64,000 nt of DNA, taken from contig NC_068983.1 in assembly GCF_001194135.2 (NCBI RefSeq), positions 123,867,120 to 123,931,119 of the forward strand, in the 5' to 3' direction. Shown here piece after piece: positions 11,400 to 64,000 of this stretch. Every line of letters starts with the position of its first letter. The first letter of the stretch is position 1. This DNA is from Octopus bimaculoides. Taxonomy: Eukaryota. The notes under the pieces were generated by a model. That model did not search any database and was not told where the DNA came from. It saw only the letters and a list, made by a program, of their open reading frames with translations. A program made the position numbers and the translations under genes.

Positions 11400-14300
11400 T
11401 TGTGCATTATTTTTATTATTTATTCTAATTATTTTCCTGCATATTTTAAACCAGTTTTTTTTTTTAATACTTAATATTCCAGAAACAACGTCATATTAAA
11501 AGAATTTCATAATTAATAATAAAAATGTCCTCAGAGTGTATACAGAGATATTCATGGAAATAATAATTATTATTCAAAAAAAAAATTATTTATTTACAAA
11601 CAGTAATGATTTTATTTTTTTTTTTTTTTTCAATAAATATCAATCTATTTTAATGTTCATGTTTTGATGTTGTTAAATGAATTAAACAACTAATATTTTA
11701 TACAGAGATCCATTAACATGATGAGAAGAGTAATACAGATCCCAACCACACTAATAAAAAAGAAAAAAAAATTATCATTGACATGAATAAAACATATACT
11801 TGTATATATAAAATAAATCGTTTCTGAAAATAAGCTTTCAATGAACTGGTTCAAAGAAAATAGAATAAGACTTTGATAAGAGGATCGAGTAACTTGACCA
11901 ATGCCAAATTATGAGGAGACTAAATGAAGTAGTGAAAATAAATTATTACACAATCCAACAGTGACAATTTTGGTTTCTTCCCCTTCTTTGTACAGTAGTA
12001 TTATTGTTATTATAAAATTCAGTATTATATGCATATTTATAAAGTATTCCTTAAAAGGATTAAAAGGTACAAATGCATGTCCTGGATGTAAGAATTTAAT
12101 ATAATACACACATTTATCTTGAAAATGCTTTTATACTTTTCACAATTTTCTGTTTCAGCAGTTGCAGATAGTTAAAATTCATTTATCAATTGTTTTATTC
12201 GAAAATTTTGAATTATTTGACTATTTGAAATTCAATATAAATAGATTTCACCTCATCTGTGTATCTGTCACTACAGTTATGACTTAATTAACTACAAAAT
12301 ATTGTATTAAGTAATAATCTCATGCCCAAAATTTCTTAAATGTTATATTTTTACATTAGTTTCTCTCTAAACTTATCAAACAACATTGTTACATATTGTA
12401 TTTTTACCATAAAGGTTTTAAAAAGAAGACAACCGTTGCATTCTTTTGAAATACATCACTGAATTCTATTTTCTCACATACACGCAAGAAAAAAAAGCCT
12501 GTAAAAATTCCACTTGGTAGAATAACATTTATTTATCATTAGAATAATAAAAATAACTTAACATCCTTACCCAACCCTATACGATAGAGAAATAACAAAA
12601 ACATTTACATAAAATGGCAATTTATTTGAAAGAATGAAATTTTAAAATGTTAATTAATTAATTGTATATGAGAGTTCAAGCATATACATATGCAGACATA
12701 TGCACACAACTTTTTCTGTCAATCAATGAATCACAGCACATTTTTGTTTTAAATATCTGGATGGTTAATTAGGAGGTAAGGTAAGGTAAGCTACTGATGT
12801 TTGTTAAGCTTGATCATAAACAATATATAAAAATGTTTACATCTATTTTTCAGGTAAGCAATAAATTGTTAAGAAAGAGAAACAATAAATTAAAAATTTT
12901 CGAGAGATATAATGCGATACAAAAACAATCACTGATTGCACTTTTTTTTAGCTTCTTTCTTTGAAGTCATTCAAAACTTTCTATTATTCAATCATTTTAA
13001 AATAATATTTTAAATGTATTTTCTAATATTTCAACCCTATCTATTTATATCTATCCTCTATCAAAATATGAATTTTATTAATTCTAAGTTTAGGGAAAAT
13101 GCTTTTATATAACAAATATGTTTACATTTGTAAATAAACAAGTACTGACTTTGAGGTAATCAAAATAACTATTTTCAGTAATTCAGCTGTATACTATTCA
13201 TTAAAAACAAAACAAAACAAAAAAAAAGAAGCAAAAACGCCATAAAAAAATCATCTAAAATATGAGTAGATATAGAACATCTTAATTATTACTGCAAATT
13301 TTCAACAATATTCATTACACTGCAAAAATCTGAACTAAGAGAAAATTCATTCACTCATTCTGTTTTTAACTTCAAATTTCCATTTTATGGGATTTATAAA
13401 CAAACTACAAAATGATTTCATACTAACCAATAAGAGACAGAAGGAGTTGCAAAATAATTTTAATACCTTCAAGTGTAAAAATTGCCAACAACTAAATTTC
13501 TTTAATCAACAAATACTTCATACTTATAGGAGAGAAAAAACAAAAAAATAACTTCTTTCCCAAATTTTTCTCAGAATTATCAACAACATAAAAGGAAATG
13601 AAATTGTTACCTCTGGGAGTAAAAATAAAGTAGAATAGACTAGCCAGGAGCTTACATCTACATTACAGTACTTAACGTGTGTATGGCTATAAACATAAGA
13701 ACTGATACTTTATTTAAATTATGTGTTAATAATGATGGCAATAAATAAAACTCAGTTTATAAATCATTTATAACCTAATTGCTGTAAAACTGACACTAAC
13801 ACAGACATTTCAACAAATATTCAGAAGTGATTTTGAAACAAAGTAAATATAAGAAATTATTGACATGATTTTGAGACACTATTTCTAATTCAAAGAACAG
13901 TACAAACAACTAATTATTAAAAAAAAAACTGGGTGACAGCTAGTAATGCTTCTATTGAATACCTAACATTAGCAAACAAACTTTTAGTTAATACTATTTA
14001 TAAATTCTGAAAAAGATATGATGCTGAAATATAAGCTTATACATATATACTTATGCAAATTGAAATATAAACAATGGACAAAAACTAAATTTTCTTAGTC
14101 TTTATCACTAAAAATTTATTAACAATAGTTAGTTTTCAACTAGAAAGTTGACATCACATTTGTCAGAAATCATTTAGAAATACAACTGTCAAAAGAGATT
14201 GATTCAATGTATATTTCTAGGAGAGAAAAGTATGAAAGACTAAAAAGAAGAAAAAAAGTATTAAAAGTCAACAATAAAAAAAATCTTAATCAAAATATAT

Positions 14301-15484
14301 ATCAAAGCTTTCAATGATAATTTTTCTGTTCAAATTATCACCATTTGTAACATTTCCTAATTTAATTTTTCAAAAGTAATTCTATCTTCAAGATTTTTAT
14401 TACATTAATTTATTTTAAATGAAGATAATTTTTTTCACATGATTATGAAGGGAAATTATATAATGATATGATTATAAAAATTTTATTTTAATTAATATGC
14501 TTTTAAAAAAGAAAAAGAAAGATGTAGGTGAAAAAAAAACTGTATTAATGGGCCAAGGAAAGGAATGAGTAAAAGTGTGATAAAGATGTAAGCAAAAATG
14601 GAGACAAAACTAAATTCATAATAGAGCAATTGGTGTTATATTTTGATATTTTTACCTTTATTTCTGCACAGCAGAAAAATGCAATAAACAAATGTATTTT
14701 TTGCAACAATACTCCACAAAGTAGTTATTTACAGTTCAGAAATACACTTGATGAGGTCATATTTAAAAGTCACCTCTGCTTAACTGCAACCTCACTCCTC
14801 TTGTATCTGTCTTTAAGACTGTATGTGTGCATTATATGTGTGTGTGTACATACACTCATGTATGTATATACGTGTGTTCATAAAACCCCACAAAAGAAGA
14901 TCTACAAAATCTTTGAAAAAGATAAAATACAAAAATAATGATAATGTGCAAACAAAGATACCAATAATGAAATAAATTGTCCTAAGAATACAAAACACTC
15001 AAAAACAAAATGGAATTAATTTCAAAATAAGCATTGAAAATGTTGAAAAATTTGTTACAATTGGCAGTAACTGAGTCTATCAAATACTTAATCGATGAGT
15101 GTAAAATGCTAGGCTTAATTTGTTTAATTTAAAGACAAAATTCTAATTTAAAAAGAATAAATAAAATGTTCTTATAAAAAAAAAGAAAATGAAATGCTAG
15201 AATCAGGTCTTCATTCCATTTGAAAATTACCAAGAGTGTGCTGTAAATAATCTTGTACAGTCTTAACTTTAAAAATGGTTATGAGTCAAGAATTAAGTAT
15301 CAAAATGTATAGCAACACCATCAAAGATACAAAATATTTCAAAAATTGCAAAGTTGCTACTTCTTTAGGTCATGATTTTCTAATAGCTCATAAACTTGGC
15401 AGAATTATTAGTTTCTTATCATTGATAAAGAAAAGTTTTTAAAAAAATACTATTTCCCAACACCCATAAAGTATTTTTGAAATA

Positions 15485-15548
<64 letters not shown>

Positions 15549-16805
15549 TTACAATGATATTAATGAAGAGCATGTCAAAAGTCAGAGATAAAAAAAAAAA
15601 TGCAAGTTTTACATTATAACATAATTATAGGTGCACTGTATTTAGTAGGGAGTATTAACAATGAAAATTATTAATAAAGATGATATCAAGATATAGCAAC
15701 TAAAGTAGTCGCTAATGGAAAGAATGATATGTGCTCCAGTATGACCACAGTCAAGGGACTGAAACCAGTACAAGAATGTGCAATTTCTAATATAGTTATT
15801 CAGAAATAGTGGTAGCAAGCTGACTAATATAAATTACAGTTTATATTAAAATAATTACCATACAATATTTTCTTTTTTAAAAATTAGTTTTCAATTAATT
15901 AATTTACAGCAGCCAACCATGCAGCCACAATTCATGAATGTAAGTTAGTAATTGAGACCTTTAAAATATGTTATTCAACTTTTCCATTCTCTTGTTTCTT
16001 TCCCCACCTAGAGCAATGCCCAGTAGTAGCATTAGTGTAAAACTTAAGACTGAAAATAAATTCAATCATCATAGGAATACAAGTATAAAAAGACATGACT
16101 TTCCTTGCAACTTTAAAGCCTTTTTTTTTTTTGGTTTTTTTTTTTTTGTTTTGCCCTCACCCCCACCCCTTCAAATAATAAAACAAAAGTATATATTAGA
16201 ATTGTACAGAGCTAGTATATTTACACATGTTTTTATATCCCTATTCTATGACTGTGCAATACAAAATTCCCTTGCTCAAAATACTACATAAACCTTGCAA
16301 AATAAACTTCAGCAGTCACTAAATTTATAGCAAATTAACTAATTTATTCTCCTATTTAAATTACAGTAACTTAAGGTTTAAAAAAAAAATCAAATAAAGG
16401 TTTNNNNNNNNNNTTTTTTTTTTTTGTTTTGCCCTCACCCCCACCCCTTCAAATAATAAAACAAAAGTATATATTAGAATTGTACAGAGCTAGTATATTT
16501 ACACATGTTTTTATATCCCTATTCTATGACTGTGCAATACAAAATTCCCTTGCTCAAAATACTACATAAACCTTGCAAAATAAACTTCAGCAGTCACTAA
16601 ATTTATAGCAAATTAACTAATTTATTCTCCTATTTAAATTACAGTAACTTAAGGTTTAAAAAAAAAATCAAATAAAGGTTTTAGATCATGCTATGTTGAG
16701 TTTCAGAACTTGTAACAAATTGTTCACTACTGGCAGAGAGATAGCATAATCCAAGAATTACATATTTACACAAAAGTGTAAAATATAATTTGCTATCAGT
16801 AAATT
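11400..16805 (-). other. Putative long 3' UTR of the KMT2C/D gene (distal end uncertain)
   Basis: Immediately downstream of the TAG. U-rich on the minus strand and free of the SINE/LINE copies abundant on both sides. Minus-strand AATAAA at 16621-16626 (proximal), 11611-11616, 11589-11594 and ~11410-11425. Confidence 0.4.
16136..16681. repeat. ~268-bp near-identical tandem duplication around a 10-N gap (probable assembly artefact)
   Basis: ~16136-16403 is repeated at 16414-16681, separated by N at 16404-16413. Confidence 0.8.
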
Positions 16806-59720
<42,915 letters not shown>

Positions 59721-62454
59721 CTGGAGATAAAAATCACATTGGTACCTTTATACATGTAAGAGAATCTAAATTACATATTAAATATAAACTAACATGTTAA
59801 GTAAACAAAAAGAAAATTTGCATAAAAATAATATTTAATTAATATTTTTATTTCTAATTTCAGTAATTATTAAAAATTAAAAATAATAATGAGAACTACT
59901 ATCAATTATTTCATTGACATGTTTTATGAAAGCTATTTAAAAATAGATTTTCCCATTAACACTTAGTTCATCCCAGATTCAATATCACTGCTAATCTATA
60001 TATATATATATGTATATATATAATTAGATGAGATAATATAACTAATAGAGAAAATTACTGGATATAATAATAGGATATTTTTATAAGTAAAAAATAGTTA
60101 ACTAATTATAAATATAATTTGAACAAGAAACAAAATCATAGAATATACTGATGAAGTAAAACAAATGAGAGAGAAATGAAAAAAGGAACAGAAACAGGCC
60201 TCAAAACATCACATAGGTTGAAGCTGAAGAAAGATAATGATCTTAGTTGGTTGAAATAGATCTGGATCAGAGAACACGAAGAAAATATACCCAATTGAAT
60301 TTCTGTCAATTAAACTTTAGTATCACAGGAAGCCACAATTAAAAGGAAACCATCTCAACTTAAGATGTTCTACAAAAATGAGAAAAGGCACTGCATACTA
60401 AGTTAATATTTTCTTAGTATTTGGCATAAATCTCATTAGAAGACAATCAACTTGAACAAAATACAACAAGTAGCAAAGATTAGTATTGAAGAAAGTAAAG
60501 TAAAAGCTGGCTGAAATAGAATATAGTATGAAAGAGAGATGAATAATACCAGATGATACAGCATGAAGAAGTAAATAAAAAGGCTTTTTAGTTATATATA
60601 TAGCTTTTAAAGATTTTACACAAAGATGTGGCCAACTTAGAAACATTCAACAAAACTTGAAAATTAACTGTAATAATAAAAACCATGCATTTTTCTATTA
60701 TGTTAGAAACAACAATCAGTTCTAATCTGCATGTTGTCATCAATCTGCATCATAAGTAAAGCTGAAAATGACTACTATGGTGTTTGATCATTTCTAAGGG
60801 GAAGGTACCAAAAATAAACAAGAAACTGAACATGACTTTACCATATGGAAATTTAATCAACTAAATCACTTGTGTTATGAAATACAGATTGCTAGAACAG
60901 AGTTTCAAACTTTCTAATTTAGTTTTGATTTTAACATTAATAATCCTGAGAAAAATATTACCTCTTAGCATGCCGCAAATCAATTACATTTGCAAAGTTA
61001 TACAATAATTACATATATAACACATTACACACATACACACTCAGAGGCATTGTAGAGAAGTTAAAAGGTTTGCTTCAAACCCACAAGCGTGATTCCAATG
61101 CACCACAACTTAGGCATGAGCCTTCTCTAACAGCAATGCTTTCAACATTTTGTAGAAGGATATAGAACATGAAAGCCTGTATTGTTTGTATGTGTGCATA
61201 CTATATATACTATATTTGTATACACATACACACATATAGTACATATATATACATGCATATGCATATAGCATGCTCATATGCATACACACACACACACACA
61301 CACACACACATCACTGTACTATATCTGCTGCATGGATCCACTCACTTTCATAGGTCATGGCTTAGGGTATCCCATTACTGTCAGGTTTCATTTTGGCTTG
61401 GTATATACAGCTGGTTGCTCACTTCTTAAAACTAACAAAAACCATTTTACAGAGTGTACTATGTGCTTTGTATGGGTTACCAGTGCTAAAAATGTGTTAT
61501 TTACTTCAGAAGCTCTAAGGATCCTCACAATCTCACACTTTACAGACTATACTGAGTGCATTCTTCATGACACCAGTACTGGAGGGAGGTAATGTCCTTG
61601 TAACAAATGATGGTGCCTCACATTCCTATGTCTGTTCACTCTTCCATCTCATAACAGACTGAAAAATATGAATAATAAATGCTTATATGATAGAGATGAG
61701 AGGGGTATGAGATAGGGGAAGGAGTGATAGGAGAACTAAGTATTCTGAGCTTGGTAATCTTTAAGCAATATTAAAGGCAACATGATGGTGATGACAGATG
61801 TCTGTCTCCTGGAAGATAAAGAGATGACAGAGGCCCAGGATGTGTAGGAGAAAAGAAATAATAGTATATTGTCAGACTGAGTAAAACAGAAGATGGTGAA
61901 AATACAGTGAATTAGGCATGAAGAGTCCAATGTAGCCACTTGTACACAGTCAAAAAGATGGGCTACAGTGGTTGAGTGATTAAAGTGGTGAACTTACAAA
62001 TGAAAAGTATTGAGGAACTGTATCTGAGAGACGCATTAAGGAGTGTTGGAGAGAATAGTTACAGTGGCATCCTGATTTGAAATCAATACATAGATAACAG
62101 AGAAGATTCACTAATATCCTCATTCATATGACAGCATATTGTACAATAAAAATTGAGAAAACGATAGAGAAACTAAGCAATGAAGGCATGGGTAAAATGG
62201 ACATGTATGGGCAGCAGTAATTACACAGAGAAGGAATACAGATGCTTTATATACAGACATCTCTATATGTTATATATAAAGATACATATAGTTATCATCA
62301 TCATTTAAAGTCCGTGTTCCATGACAGCATGAGTGGGGTGCAACCATATCAGCCAGCCAGGCCGTAGCCTGCACCAAGCTTCTATATCTGTTTTGGTAGG
62401 ATTTTTACAGCAGGATTACCTTCCTGATACCAACCACTCAGCAGAGTGGACTAT

Positions 62455-62476
62455 ATGAATATATATGATATATCTA

Positions 62477-62514
<38 letters not shown>

Positions 62515-62847
62515 NNNNNNNNNNNNNNNNNNNNNNNNNNNNNNNNNNNNNNNNNNNNNNNNNNNNNNNNNNNNNNNNNNNNNNNNNNNNNNNNNNNNNN
62601 NNNNNNNNNNNNNNNNNNNNNNNNNNNNNNNNNNNNNNNNNNNNNNNNNNNNNNNNNNNNNNNNNNNNNNNNNNNNNNNNNNNNNNNNNNNNNNNNNNNN
62701 NNNNNNNNNNNNNNNNNNNNNNNNNNNNNNNNNNNNNNNNNNNNNNNNNNNNNNNNNNNNNNNNNNNNNNNNNNNNNNNNNNNNNNNNNNNNNNNNNNNN
62801 NNNNNNNNNNNNNNNNNNNNNNNNNNNNNNNNNNNNNNNNNNNNNNN

Positions 62848-62885
<38 letters not shown>

Positions 62886-63098
62886 ACTATATACATATAT
62901 GTAATACATATATATTCATATATACACATATACATATTTACGCATATATATATACACACATACTTCTACATACACATTTATATACATATATATATATACA
63001 TATACACATATACAGACATACATGTATATATATACATACTTATATACATACACACACACACACACATATATATATACACACCCATGTCTACATGTATG

Positions 63099-63134
<36 letters not shown>

Positions 63135-63253
63135 TATGTGTGTGTGTATATACATATACATATATATATATGAATATGAATATACATAAATACATATATA
63201 TGTGCATATATCTATACATATATATACACACAAACATACATATATATATATAT

Positions 63254-63298
<45 letters not shown>
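62455..63298. repeat. Large AT/AC/AG compound microsatellite with a gap (62515-62847)
   Basis: Directly visible. Confidence 0.95.
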
Positions 63299-63299
<1 letters not shown>

Positions 63300-64000
63300 C
63301 TAAAATATAAATCCCATTCTGCCTGTCTGTTTGTGCGCTTATAACAGAAGTATTGTTCGTCCGTTTGCGCTGAAATTTTAAACATGGATACATGAGAGAG
63401 TGGTGAATTCCGTAATCTAAAGAGGTTTCCAAAAGTGTCAGTTTCAAAGTGAGAATCTATTTTTGTAATCTTTTTGTACTATTTCTTCCACCATTCGGTT
63501 CATGAAAAGCAAATGAAATGGTATGTGCCGGCTGTCTGAGCAACAAGGGGAGTACAGGATGACAGTGATCCAAAACCATCCCTATGCTGTCTCTCTTCGT
63601 TCCTCTCTCTGACTCCCTCTCTCTATACGTACAAGGCTCAATACGATTATCTCACATAAAGCAACAGTCGACAAATGCAAAAAGGCGAACACCTGTTAAT
63701 ACATACATACATACATACATACATACATAAGACAGTAGGGGCTTTGGGTGAGATTTGATTGCTATTTCTAGGAGGTCTCCCTCATTGGCTCATACATACA
63801 TATATGCATACATAAGACAGTAAGGTGTGATTTGAGGGAAATTTAGCTGTTATTTCTACCAGGGCTGGCTAACATATAACATTTCTACCAGGTCTGGCTA
63901 CTTTTGTAATCTTTATGGCTTGAGCATTGGATAATTAAAACTTGCATTCCACTGACCAAGTTAACCATTTTCACCTATACAAACCATCCAATACATATAT
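63299..64000 (+). mobile_element. Helitron-like element C, 5' end (3' end not seen)
   Basis: A|TC TAAAATATAAAT..GCCTGTCTGTTTGT..CCGTTTGCGCTGAAATTT, the same 5' architecture as elements A and B. No CTAG/hairpin is in the window, so the right boundary is arbitrary. Confidence 0.4.

Noticed and set aside
16136-16681. Tandem duplication in the 3' UTR
   Set aside because: The copies are essentially identical and separated by a 10-N scaffold gap; most likely an uncollapsed contig overlap.

Overview
Very AT-rich eukaryotic genomic window with eight N gaps. The repeat families, (AT)n/(GT)n density and gene structure suggest an octopus (coleoid cephalopod); this is an inference. The dominant feature is the 3' part of a minus-strand KMT2C/D (MLL3/4, Trr-like) histone H3K4 methyltransferase gene. 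I reconstructed 24 GT-AG exons by hand between 59720 and the stop at 16806 (5181 nt, 1726 aa, splice phases consistent throughout). They encode the DNNPFSE coiled-coil, LxxLL, a CxxC..FCSxxC motif, extended PHD, FYRN/FYRC, WIN, SET and post-SET. The 5' part of the gene lies beyond the window. A convergent plus-strand gene ends at 326 and is unidentified. Between the two 3' ends lies a TE-dense block: two head-to-tail Helitron-like elements (one carrying an RTE-LINE 5' fragment), SINEs, RTE and mariner relics. The introns hold RTE LINE pieces whose 3' UTR carries a variable 62-66 bp VNTR, tRNA-derived SINEs, a mariner relic, a TTAA MITE and large microsatellites. I found no wholly new gene system that the sequence alone supports. 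The best leads are an in-frame alternative donor toggling a 103-aa Thr-rich insert, tandem donors next to the WIN motif, the FCS-like zinc finger, the Helitron tandem with a possibly captured LINE 5' end, and the LINE-borne VNTR.
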